Positions 7,524-16,902 of a stretch of 32,000 nucleotides of DNA are shown here, in pieces; position 1 is the stretch's first letter; each line of letters begins with the position of its first letter. The stretch is from Nitrosospira multiformis ATCC 25196 (lineage in GTDB: Bacteria > Pseudomonadota > Gammaproteobacteria > Burkholderiales > Nitrosomonadaceae). Where the stretch lies: contig NC_007614.1 in assembly GCF_000196355.1 (NCBI RefSeq), forward strand, positions 1,590,001 through 1,622,000, written 5' to 3'. The position numbers and the translations under genes were made by a program. Under the pieces are notes generated by a model. That model was not told where the DNA came from. It made no database searches and was given only the letters and a program-made list of their open reading frames with translations.

Positions 7524-7608
7524 TTGCCATCTCTCTGTTGGCTGGTCCGAAAATAATATAGCACTGTAAGTTATAGCAGCATTCCGCAACTTTGACGCAG
7601 GTACCCGA

Positions 7609-9714
7609 ATGAAAATCTGGCCAGGCACTCCCTACCCCCTTGGTGCGACATACGATGGAGCGGGAACCAATTTCTCCCTGTTTTCCGAGGCGGCGGAACG
7701 CGTCGAACTATGCCTGTTCGATGAAGCCGGTCGTGAAACCAGGGTGAATTTGCCCGAGGTGACAGGATACTGCTGGCACGGCTACCTGCCGGGCGTAGAG
7801 CCTGGACAGCGTTACGGTTTTCGGGTGCATGGGCCGTGGTCCCCGGAGCAAGGTAATCGCTGTAATTCCGCGAAGCTGCTGCTCGATCCGTATGCAAAAG
7901 GGATCGATGGCGACATTACCTGGGATGAAGCTGTATTCCCCTATCTTTTCGATGACCGCGATGCACGGAATGACAAGGATAGCGCGCCTTTCATGCCCCG
8001 CAGCATCGTTCATCAGCCGTTTTTCGATTGGTCCGGCGATCGTCAACTCCAGCGCCCCTGGCACGAAACAGTCATTTATGAGTTGCATGTCAAGGGCTTC
8101 ACCGCACAGCATCCCGACATACCCCCTGAACTGCGGGGCACTTATGCGGGGCTCGCACACTCTGCCTCTATCGATTATCTGAAACAGCTTGGGGTCACGG
8201 CTGTCGAGCTGTTGCCAGTGCACTACTTTGTGCAGGACAAACATCTCCTGGATCAGGGTTTGCGCAACTACTGGGGTTATAACTCCATTGCCTATTTTGC
8301 TCCCCATAGCGCCTACGCCGCGGACAAGCGTCCGGGAGCCGCAAGCGCCGAATTCAAGCAAATGGTCAAGGCCCTGCATCAAGCCGACATAGAAGTTATC
8401 CTCGATGTGGTGTACAACCATACTGCGGAAGGCAACGATCTCGGGCCGGTGTTATGCCTGAAGGGAATCGACAACGCCTATTATTACCAGCTCATGGAAG
8501 ATCGGCGCTACTACAGGGATTACACAGGCACAGGCAACTGCCTCAATATGAGGCAACCGCATGTGCTGCAACTGATCATGGATTCGCTTCGCTATTGGGT
8601 TCTGGAAATGCACGTCGATGGCTTCCGCTTCGATCTCGCATCCGCGCTCGCACGCGAACTCCATGAAGTGCAAATGCTGAATGCATTTTTCAACATTATC
8701 CAGCAGGATCCTGTTACAAATCAGGTCAAGCTGATCGCGGAACCCTGGGACCTGGGGGAAGGCGGTTACCAAGTGGGGAAATTCCCGTCAGGCTGGTCTG
8801 AATGGAACGGCAAGTACCGGGACTGTATCCGCAATTTCTGGCGCACCCAGGAACCTACTTTAAGTGAATTCGCTTATCGCTTTACCGGAAGCTCAGACCT
8901 TTACGAGGGGAATTCGCGTCATCCTTTTGCAAGCATCAATTTTGTCACCTCGCACGACGGTTTCACATTGCGGGATCTTGTCTCCTATAACGAAAAACAC
9001 AACCTGGCCAATGGCGAGGACAACAGGGATGGCACTGACGACAACCGTTCCTGGAACTGCGGTGTCGAAGGGCCTACGGATGACATGGAAGTGCTTACGC
9101 TTCGCGCCCGGCAGCAGCGCAATTTTCTGGCTACCCTGGTATTGTCTCAGGGCGTGCCCATGTTGCTGGCAGGGGATGAATTGGGTCGCACCCAGCAGGG
9201 AAACAATAATGCGTACTGCCAGGACAACGAAATTTCCTGGGTGGATTGGGGGAAGGTGGATACCGGTTTACAGGAATTCACCAGACGCCTTGCTCGCTTC
9301 CGCCGTGATCACCCGGTCTTCCGCCGACGCCGGTGGTTTCAGGGGCAACCCATTCACGGTGGGGGCCAGGACGATATTGCGTGGTTCAATTACATGGGAG
9401 AACAGGCGAGCGAGGAATTATGGGGGAATGGGGGAATTCAAAGCCTGGGAATTTTTCTCAACGGAGACAGTTTCCCGAATCCCAATGCTCGAGGGGAGCC
9501 GGTAAAGGATGACAGCTTCTACCTGATTTTCAACGCACATTTCGAGCCGATCGATTTCGTCCTGCCCCCCAACCACTGGGGGCTACGCTGGTTGAGAATA
9601 CTCGACACCAACGAGGGCTGGGTAGAGAATGCAGCGGATCAGCCCGGGCTCGAAGCCGGATCCGCTTTGTCAGTCGCCGCCCGGTCACTGGTGCTTTTGC
9701 AGCGGCAGGCATGA
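7609..9714 (+). CDS. glgX: Glycogen debranching enzyme GlgX/TreX (GH13)
   Basis: 701 aa. The N-terminus is MKIWPGTPYPLGATYDGAGTNFSLFS. The GH13 regions are VILDVVYNHTAEGN, VDGFRFDLASAL, LIAEPWD and NFVTSHDGFTLRDLVSYNEKHN. Confidence 0.95.
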   Translation: MKIWPGTPYPLGATYDGAGTNFSLFSEAAERVELCLFDEAGRETRVNLPEVTGYCWHGYLPGVEPGQRYGFRVHGPWSPEQGNRCNSAKLLLDPYAKGIDGDITWDEAVFPYLFDDRDARNDKDSAPFMPRSIVHQPFFDWSGDRQLQRPWHETVIYELHVKGFTAQHPDIPPELRGTYAGLAHSASIDYLKQLGVTAVELLPVHYFVQDKHLLDQGLRNYWGYNSIAYFAPHSAYAADKRPGAASAEFKQMVKALHQADIEVILDVVYNHTAEGNDLGPVLCLKGIDNAYYYQLMEDRRYYRDYTGTGNCLNMRQPHVLQLIMDSLRYWVLEMHVDGFRFDLASALARELHEVQMLNAFFNIIQQDPVTNQVKLIAEPWDLGEGGYQVGKFPSGWSEWNGKYRDCIRNFWRTQEPTLSEFAYRFTGSSDLYEGNSRHPFASINFVTSHDGFTLRDLVSYNEKHNLANGEDNRDGTDDNRSWNCGVEGPTDDMEVLTLRARQQRNFLATLVLSQGVPMLLAGDELGRTQQGNNNAYCQDNEISWVDWGKVDTGLQEFTRRLARFRRDHPVFRRRRWFQGQPIHGGGQDDIAWFNYMGEQASEELWGNGGIQSLGIFLNGDSFPNPNARGEPVKDDSFYLIFNAHFEPIDFVLPPNHWGLRWLRILDTNEGWVENAADQPGLEAGSALSVAARSLVLLQRQA

Positions 9715-9754
9715 AACCCTCTCATCAGGATGAGCCTCTGCAAATATCCCCGCT

Positions 9755-12700
9755 TCATCCCGTTGTCTGCTCGAAAGGGGATAGCAACGCATAAGGAAAC
9801 GTCCCGAAAAGGTGAGCCAACCCAAACTTCCCACATGCCTCCTCCGTCCTCTGGGTGGCAAGAATCTCGCCAGTCAACACATTGATCCACTTCTCGCGCA
9901 ACTCGTCTGAAGGCAGTTCCACCCAGGTGTCGGTCCAGATGGATTTGCCGACTGGGAACCTGTGTTGTTCTCCGATGAGCTTACCGAGCAATCGCGGTAC
10001 GGCAACGACAATAATTTCATTTTCCCGGCGCCGTGCAAACACGCATACATGTTCGCTGCAGTCTCCATGCGCTTTTAGCGGCAGGTAGTCGCCGTCGCGG
10101 AAAAGCTGTTCGTGCTCGCGGCGGAACGTGAGCGCTTTCCAGGTCAGATAGAGCTTGATCCTGCCGTCCCGCAGGTTCTCCATCAGATGCTGGGCGCATG
10201 CCCCGGGACCTTCTTCAGCATGCATCGAGCGGATGGCCTGCAAGGACCTGCGACGCGCCGTGTAGTCCACAGGACGCCTGTTGTCCGGGTCCACGAGGCT
10301 GAAATCCCAGGTTTCATTGCCCTGGTAGATGTCTGGTACTCCCGGTGAGGTCAGTTTGAGTAACACTTGTGACAAGCTGTTGAAGGCACCCACCCATGCA
10401 ACCCGCTGCTGGAAAGGCAGAAAGTCGCGCAGGAACAGATTGGTGGGCTGCTCGGAGAGAAGTGCATGCACGAAGTCCTGCATTGCTGCCTCATATTCGC
10501 TATCAGGGTTGATCCAGGAACTGTTCACCTTCGCTTCTCGCGCGGCCTTGCGCATATAGGCAACTACGCGGTCGGACAGGTTTGCCAATTCCTCGGCATG
10601 CGGTGTGTCGAAAGGCCATATGCCCAGCAATATCTGGTATAGCAGGTACTCGTCATTCCGGCTCGGCGCATAAGTGTTGTCCAGCTCCCAACGGCTGCTG
10701 CGATTGAGCCTGTTCCATCGTTTAAGAGCCTGTGCCCACTGATCGGGTATTTCGGAGAGAACGCTTATGCGCGCCCGCACATCCTCCGACCGCTTGCTGT
10801 CGTGACTTGAAGTGGACAGCATGGCATGCGGCCAATGGCTCGCTCGCTCCTGATTCTCCCGGTGAAAGGCTGCGAGGGACACCCCGAACCGCTGCGGCTC
10901 GTTGCCGACCTCGTTGAGCGATACCAGCCGGTTGTATTGATAGAAGGTCGTATCCTCCATCGCTTTGGCCATTACCGGGCTGGTGTACTGCTGGAACTTC
11001 ATGGCAAAGGTGCATATGGCGTTCCTGTATGCTTCGGCTTGACCTTTGGCCTGCCGTCCCAGCAATACATCCCGCACGAAATCGAAGATGGTGGTATCAA
11101 CCGCCTGACTGCGCTTCTTGGCTACCTCAACCGCCCAGTCGGCGTAGCGGACATCATCAGCAGAACTTTCACAATCGGATACATAAGTACGATAGACAGG
11201 AAAATTGGCGACAACCTGGGCAAGTGCGCTGTGCTGACTGTTGAAGGTGAAATCGCATGTACGGCGGTCGCCCTTGGCGATACGTGCCAATTGTATTGCC
11301 AGTACCTGAAGCTCACCTGCCAGCGCACGATCCATGATCAGATGCTTGTTCGCCCGTATCATTGCATCGAGATCCGGACGTGCCCGGATAAAACGCTCAT
11401 AGATGCGGGTAAACTCCCCGGCGGCGTGGGTGTCGACAAAAAGACCGGTGCAAGCCGCGGCAAAGTCGTATCCCGTAGTGCCGTGGATGGACCAGGCCTT
11501 CGGAAGATGTTCATATGACGCAAGTATTTTCTCTGCGACGATATAGAGCGACTTGGCGCCGTCCTTCACCGTTCCCGGAAACAGTGCTGCCGCAGCCATC
11601 GCCTGCAAGCGCTCGAAGTATTCCTGGGGCGCGTATAAACCATCCGGATGATCGATGCGTAATCCGCTTACATAGCCGCGCGCGATCAGTTCACGAACCA
11701 GGCGGTGCGTGCTTTCGAATACTTCCGGGTTGTCCATGCGCAGCGCCGCCAGATCATTGATGTCGAAGAAGCGGCGGTAATTGATTTCGTCCGCTGCCGC
11801 ACGCCAGAAAGCCAGGCGATAGGCCTGGACGGCCAGCAGTTCATGTAGCAGATCGAAATTCCTGGGTTGCCCCGGTGCGTCACCGTTGAATAGAGTGATA
11901 TTTTCCTGGACGAACTGGGCGATGTCGGCGCTCTTCACGAACAGTGAAGCCAGATGGCGCTTGTGTATCTCCTTGTCGCGTACCCGCTCCGCGACCGCAT
12001 CGGGGGAAACGCGCTCTCGCAGCGGCAAATGGGTTAATGCCGTAATCAGGGACTGGAGTTCCAGAAACTCCGGGTGCTGCTCCCCCAGTCGCATCTCGAG
12101 CCTTCTCAGATCATGCCCAAGAATACGGGGATATTCACGCGGATCTACAGGAAACCTGTGCTCATGATAAAAAACACTGAAGGAGCCTTGTTCGATGTCG
12201 AACGCGAGTTTGAGCTCCCCGTTCTCCAGAACGGTGCCATAGTGATCGCCCAGAACAGGGAGCAGCACCTGGCCCGGCAGGTGCTCTCCCATCACGTACC
12301 AGTCGATGTCAAAATAGCTGGCAAAGCGGGATGCCGGACCGTTTTCCAGTACATCCAGCCACCATTCGTTATCAACGCCGGTGATGCACATGTGATTGGG
12401 CACCACATCCATGATCTGGCTCATTCCATGGCGCTTCAAGACAGCGGCAAACCGCTCAAAGTCGCGGGCGCTCGTGATCTCCGGATTGAGCCTGCCGTGG
12501 TCGGTTACGTCATAGCCATGGATGCTGCCGGGGCGCGCTTTGAGGAGGGGCGAAAGATAGCAATGACTGATGCCCAGCTCATCCAGGTATGGGATCAGTT
12601 CCGTTGCCTGCCTCAGATTGAAGTCCCGATTCAATTGCAAGCGGTAAGTTGCCCTGGGAATCTGCACTTGTACATCCTGCGCGACCTCACCCTCTGAGGA

Positions 12701-14947
12701 GGAGGGCGCTTGCGACAAGGGGCGTTCCCGGCGCAATGCCAGGATTATCCCCTGCAGCCAGGCGCTTCCCTGCCACTCCTCCAGATTGAGGGGCAGTTTG
12801 AGACGCCAGGATGGATAAGTGTCTCCTGTCGCCCCGGGCAGATTCGGTTGCTCAAGTACTCCGAAGCCATCTTCGAGCTGCAGCAGCAGAAGTTTGGACG
12901 GTGCACGGGCCAGATAGGTGTACACTGCTGCGGCGAGTTCCGCCGTCATCTCTGGAAAGCCGACCTGATGAAGTCCTCCTCTCGACGGCAATACGCCTTC
13001 CCCTTCCAATGCCACCAGGAGCTGTGCACGGTCTGCCGCTCGCTCCACGATTTGCCTGTTCCGCATCTCATCTTCGGGAAACAGATGGTGACGATCGCGC
13101 AAATCAATATCGAGCCCTTGCCAGAATCCTGCCAGAGTCGGAAGGTCATGGGTTGTTACCGCCACTACGGCATTTGCCGGGTACGCCTGCGGTGGCTTCA
13201 ATCGTCCGCCATCAACCCGCTCGAAATATAATAACCGTGTGGACATCACGTTTGCGGGATGCAAGGCTTCACGTACTTCAGGGGGTACTGTACCCAAATC
13301 TTCACCTATCACCAGGCAGCGGTTGCGCTGGCTCTCCAGTGCCAATATGCTCAGCATATCTTCAAAGGGATAGCGTATGTAGGCCCCCTCCGTTGCAGGC
13401 AGCCCCCGCACCACCCAGAACAGGCGGCGCAGGCCCATTACGTGATCTATGCGCAGTGAACCGCTGTCGCGCATGTTGGCGCGCAGCACTTCAATGAAAG
13501 GCGCATAAGCGGATGAAGTAAGCTGGTGAGGAATCCAGGGCGGCAAGCCCCAATTCTGCCCCAGACGGTTGAAGTCATCGGGTGGCGCCCCTGCACTGGC
13601 TTCAAGTGCATAGAGTTCACGGCGGGACCACGTTGCCCCGCCCCCTTCCGCTACCCCGATCGCCAGATCGAACATTAGACCAATATTGAGTCCTACTTCC
13701 CATGAGCGTGTGCCCACTGAGCCCAGTTGCAGGGAAACCTGCCACTGCAGGTATTCGAAATATTCCACGCGCTCGAGATGAGCTTCGCGGAACGCGGTCA
13801 CTTCCGGAGCTTCGGGATCGCGGTATGCTTCGGGCCACACCCGCCACCCCCATACAGAGCTATCCTCTGCCCGGAAATATTCCTGAAGCGCCTCGAACAG
13901 TGCCTGCTTGCGAAGAACCTCGCCGTGCTCAGCCTGGAAAGCACGAAAAACACGAGCGCGATCGGTATTTCGCGCCAGATGGGTATTACGGAAATACCGG
14001 TAAAGGGAGACGAGAACCTCCGATTTTGCCTCCGCAACGCCTCTGTAATCCACCTGTTCGGTAGCACGAAGCGCGCGCAGCCGCGCCTGGAATTCCGGCG
14101 CGAGCACTATCGAACGTGCTTCCTCGCATTCCGCAAACTCGGGTATGGCTTCCACATCCAGATAAAGCGGGTTGAACCAGGTGCGGCTGGAGGGGCTGTA
14201 GGGACTGGTGTGTTCCGGAGCATCGGGAAATAACGCATGAAGCGGGTTGAGCAGGAGCGTGCTTCCCCCTGCGCTGGCATAGAATTCGACCAGGCGCCGA
14301 AGATCGCTGAAATCCCCGATGCCATAATTGCGCTGGGAACGAATCCCATATAACTGGAGGGCAGGGCCCCACACCCGCCTCGGACCTTCGAGACCGGGCG
14401 GCCAATAACAGGTGGCAGGAGCCATGATAAACGGCATTTCAGCCAGAGCGAGGCCATCGCTCTTTTCGATGAAAAGCCGGTGATACCCTGGTTCCACAGA
14501 GAGATCCAGCACCAGAATCCGCCGCACGAATTCCTGCTCACCAGGATCATCGAAACTGCCGAAATTGCCAGGAGCGGTGAAGCGATAACGCTCGACCTCC
14601 TCCAGGGCATCAGGAATAAATTCGTCGTGGTCTTCGGTCCCGGATTCCCTGCACAAGCGCCAGCGATAGCGCCCTTTGCCCTCGAGGGCCGGTAGTGCGA
14701 CTGCAATACGATAGGGTCGCATCCACTCCCGCACCACTTGTACGGGTGGCAACACATGCTCCCATTTGCGCCTTATAAAAATGTGCAGGGACGCTGAAAT
14801 TTCCTCTTCGGTGGCCGCTGCAACCCCCATTGCCCCGAGTAGAGCGCGCTTTGCGTCCTGTGAAGTGTAGCGGGTATTTCCCCAGATATCGCTGTAGCAG
14901 GGCAGCACGCCATATAATTCGCACAGCTGGTCAAGCGGATTGCTCAT
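9755..14947 (-). CDS. treY: Fusion protein: 4-alpha-glucanotransferase (MalQ, GH77, about residues 1-745) fused to malto-oligosyltrehalose synthase (TreY, from about residue 761)
   Basis: Single uninterrupted 1730-aa ORF with GAGGGAG upstream. The MalQ part shows MSNPLDQLCELYGVLPCYSDIWGN, LRIDHVMGL, VIGEDLGTVPPEV and TTHDLPTLAGFW. The TreY part shows IPRATYRLQLNRDFNLRQATELIPYLDELGISHCYLSPLLKARPGSIHGYDVTDH, MDVVPNHM and GLRIDHPDGL. Confidence 0.9.
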   Translation of the reverse strand: MSNPLDQLCELYGVLPCYSDIWGNTRYTSQDAKRALLGAMGVAAATEEEISASLHIFIRRKWEHVLPPVQVVREWMRPYRIAVALPALEGKGRYRWRLCRESGTEDHDEFIPDALEEVERYRFTAPGNFGSFDDPGEQEFVRRILVLDLSVEPGYHRLFIEKSDGLALAEMPFIMAPATCYWPPGLEGPRRVWGPALQLYGIRSQRNYGIGDFSDLRRLVEFYASAGGSTLLLNPLHALFPDAPEHTSPYSPSSRTWFNPLYLDVEAIPEFAECEEARSIVLAPEFQARLRALRATEQVDYRGVAEAKSEVLVSLYRYFRNTHLARNTDRARVFRAFQAEHGEVLRKQALFEALQEYFRAEDSSVWGWRVWPEAYRDPEAPEVTAFREAHLERVEYFEYLQWQVSLQLGSVGTRSWEVGLNIGLMFDLAIGVAEGGGATWSRRELYALEASAGAPPDDFNRLGQNWGLPPWIPHQLTSSAYAPFIEVLRANMRDSGSLRIDHVMGLRRLFWVVRGLPATEGAYIRYPFEDMLSILALESQRNRCLVIGEDLGTVPPEVREALHPANVMSTRLLYFERVDGGRLKPPQAYPANAVVAVTTHDLPTLAGFWQGLDIDLRDRHHLFPEDEMRNRQIVERAADRAQLLVALEGEGVLPSRGGLHQVGFPEMTAELAAAVYTYLARAPSKLLLLQLEDGFGVLEQPNLPGATGDTYPSWRLKLPLNLEEWQGSAWLQGIILALRRERPLSQAPSSSEGEVAQDVQVQIPRATYRLQLNRDFNLRQATELIPYLDELGISHCYLSPLLKARPGSIHGYDVTDHGRLNPEITSARDFERFAAVLKRHGMSQIMDVVPNHMCITGVDNEWWLDVLENGPASRFASYFDIDWYVMGEHLPGQVLLPVLGDHYGTVLENGELKLAFDIEQGSFSVFYHEHRFPVDPREYPRILGHDLRRLEMRLGEQHPEFLELQSLITALTHLPLRERVSPDAVAERVRDKEIHKRHLASLFVKSADIAQFVQENITLFNGDAPGQPRNFDLLHELLAVQAYRLAFWRAAADEINYRRFFDINDLAALRMDNPEVFESTHRLVRELIARGYVSGLRIDHPDGLYAPQEYFERLQAMAAAALFPGTVKDGAKSLYIVAEKILASYEHLPKAWSIHGTTGYDFAAACTGLFVDTHAAGEFTRIYERFIRARPDLDAMIRANKHLIMDRALAGELQVLAIQLARIAKGDRRTCDFTFNSQHSALAQVVANFPVYRTYVSDCESSADDVRYADWAVEVAKKRSQAVDTTIFDFVRDVLLGRQAKGQAEAYRNAICTFAMKFQQYTSPVMAKAMEDTTFYQYNRLVSLNEVGNEPQRFGVSLAAFHRENQERASHWPHAMLSTSSHDSKRSEDVRARISVLSEIPDQWAQALKRWNRLNRSSRWELDNTYAPSRNDEYLLYQILLGIWPFDTPHAEELANLSDRVVAYMRKAAREAKVNSSWINPDSEYEAAMQDFVHALLSEQPTNLFLRDFLPFQQRVAWVGAFNSLSQVLLKLTSPGVPDIYQGNETWDFSLVDPDNRRPVDYTARRRSLQAIRSMHAEEGPGACAQHLMENLRDGRIKLYLTWKALTFRREHEQLFRDGDYLPLKAHGDCSEHVCVFARRRENEIIVVAVPRLLGKLIGEQHRFPVGKSIWTDTWVELPSDELREKWINVLTGEILATQRTEEACGKFGLAHLFGTFPYALLSPFEQTTG

Positions 14948-15002
14948 GCTTCTCCCTCGAATATTTCCTTGTGCTTTCCCTTCATTTCAGTTTCGGCGGT
15001 TG

Positions 15003-16880
15003 TTATCCGGTAAAACTGCCTTTACTTTTATCGGCAGCCGGTTCAAGCATCCAGACTACCGAACGAGGCGCCAGCATACTTTTCACCGGGATACTTTTGG
15101 TTGTTCGGGAAGATGGGGGTATTGCACCGGGTGAGGCAAACACGATCTGCCCGCCGAACCGGGGAGCCGCCACGCTCTCGTCGGAAAAATTCGCCAATAG
15201 CCGCAAGGTGGAATCGTCGCCCAACTGCCAGCAGACCCACAGGCATTTAGGCGCGAATACCTCAAAATGTGCCGAATTACCCTTCATTCCGCGAAGGCGC
15301 GGTACGATAATTTCGCTGCGAAGTTTCATAAGGTTGCGGTAATACTCCAGCCAGGCAAAGTGAGCTTCATTCCTGAGTAAATCCCAATCGATTTTCGAGA
15401 TAAGAAAAGTCTGAACAGCATTCGGGTCCGGTATCGCTGTCTCGTCCATGTCTTGCGTAAAATGCGCAAAGCGGGCAAATTCCCTGCGTCGCCCCTGTGT
15501 CACAGCTTCGCGCAGCTCCGGTCCGAAGTCGCAGAAAAACAGGAAAGGCGATTTTGCGGCAAACTCCTCGCCCATGAACAGCATGGGAATGCCGGGAGCC
15601 AGCAAATAGATGGCTGCCGCCATACGTGTCAACGCTTCCTCGCCAATATGACTAATACGCTCGCCAAATGCACGGTTGCCCGCCTGGTCGTGGGATTGCA
15701 GAAAGGAAATGAAAGCCTGGGGCGGCAGATGAATGCTCGCCTCTCCACGCGCCATATCGTCGCGATAAACGGATATCTCTCCCTGATAGGCAAACCCTTC
15801 CGCCAGGCAGCGCCCGAGATGGCGTACCGGATTGTCGGCATAATCCACATAGTATCCATCGCCCTCCTGTGTAGAAAGCACATGCAGAGCGTGGTGAATA
15901 TCGTCGTTCCACTGCGCGTCGTACCAACTATTTGTCAGATAGCGGGCATTGTTGGCATCGTTTTCCAGGATCAGATGCACGTGGCGCTCTGTACCGACCT
16001 CGGCACGAACACGCTCCGCCAGTTCGACAAGGATGTGCGGACTGGAATGGTCGATGATCGCGTGGACTGCATCGAGCCGCAGGCCGTCGAAATGATACTC
16101 TTGCAGCCAATACAACGCGTTGTGGATGAAAAACTCGCGTACCCGTCCACTTGCGGGGCCATCGAAATTTATTGCCGCACCCCACGGAGTGTGATGGCGC
16201 CCAGTAAAGAATTCCTTTGCATAAAGGTGAAGATAGTTTCCTTCCGGCCCGAAGTGATTGTAGACGACATCGAGCAGAATCATCAGTCCCCGTTCATGCG
16301 CGGCCTGAACCAGTTCCTTGAGATCCTCCGGACGTCCGTAACGGCTATCCGGCGCGTAAAGCAGAACGCCGTCATAGCCCCAGTTTCGTGAGCCCGGAAA
16401 ATCGGCAACCGGCATGAGCTCAATGGCGGTCACACCGAGTTCGACCAGATAGTCCAGTCTCTGGGAGACGCCCTTGAAGGTTCCTTCGGGCGAGAACGTG
16501 CCTACATGCAGCTCATAGATGACGGCTTCTTCCCATGGCCGTCCACGCCATTTCGCATCCTGCCAGGCGAAGGCCGAAGGATCGATCACCTCACTTAAAC
16601 CATGCACATCATCCGGATTGAAGCGCGAAGCGGGATCGGGCACGCGGGCACCGTTCACATCGAACCCATAGCGTATTCCCGCTCCCGCTTCCGCTACAGT
16701 CGACTCGAACCATCCTCCTGCGCGGGGAGTCATGGGGAGTGCCCGTTCGGGCTTCTCATTCGTCCGTCCGTCTGCAAGGCACAATCCCACCTGTTTGCAA
16801 CCAGGCGCCCAAAGACGGAAGCGCACTCCGTGGTCCGTGATTTGAGTGCCATAAGGCATGTCGTGAAGTCGTGTCAGCAC
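15003..16880 (-). CDS. treZ: Malto-oligosyltrehalose trehalohydrolase (TreZ, GH13)
   Basis: 625 aa with a GTG start and GGGAAGAGGGAAAGG upstream. Matching blocks are GVRFRLWAP, NWGYDGVLLYAPDSRYG, LDVVYNHFGPEGNY, FDGLRLDAVHAI and LILENDAN. Confidence 0.95.
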   Translation of the reverse strand: MLTRLHDMPYGTQITDHGVRFRLWAPGCKQVGLCLADGRTNEKPERALPMTPRAGGWFESTVAEAGAGIRYGFDVNGARVPDPASRFNPDDVHGLSEVIDPSAFAWQDAKWRGRPWEEAVIYELHVGTFSPEGTFKGVSQRLDYLVELGVTAIELMPVADFPGSRNWGYDGVLLYAPDSRYGRPEDLKELVQAAHERGLMILLDVVYNHFGPEGNYLHLYAKEFFTGRHHTPWGAAINFDGPASGRVREFFIHNALYWLQEYHFDGLRLDAVHAIIDHSSPHILVELAERVRAEVGTERHVHLILENDANNARYLTNSWYDAQWNDDIHHALHVLSTQEGDGYYVDYADNPVRHLGRCLAEGFAYQGEISVYRDDMARGEASIHLPPQAFISFLQSHDQAGNRAFGERISHIGEEALTRMAAAIYLLAPGIPMLFMGEEFAAKSPFLFFCDFGPELREAVTQGRRREFARFAHFTQDMDETAIPDPNAVQTFLISKIDWDLLRNEAHFAWLEYYRNLMKLRSEIIVPRLRGMKGNSAHFEVFAPKCLWVCWQLGDDSTLRLLANFSDESVAAPRFGGQIVFASPGAIPPSSRTTKSIPVKSMLAPRSVVWMLEPAADKSKGSFTG

Positions 16881-16902
16881 GCCTTTCCCTCTTCCCTTTG
16901 TT

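Noticed and set aside
7708-8421. 237-aa minus-strand ORF inside glgX, and similar long antisense ORFs inside other genes: 10826..11518, 12074..12697, 12811..13497 and 14107..14757 in malQ-treY; 15453..16391 in treZ; 19135..19917 in treS; 21743..22360 and 23561..24058 in cusA; 26579..27013 in cusC.
   Set aside because: Each lies fully within, and antisense to or out of frame with, a gene that has unmistakable family motifs. Their products are low-complexity, Arg/Pro/Ser-rich and motif-less. These are typical shadow ORFs of GC-biased coding DNA.
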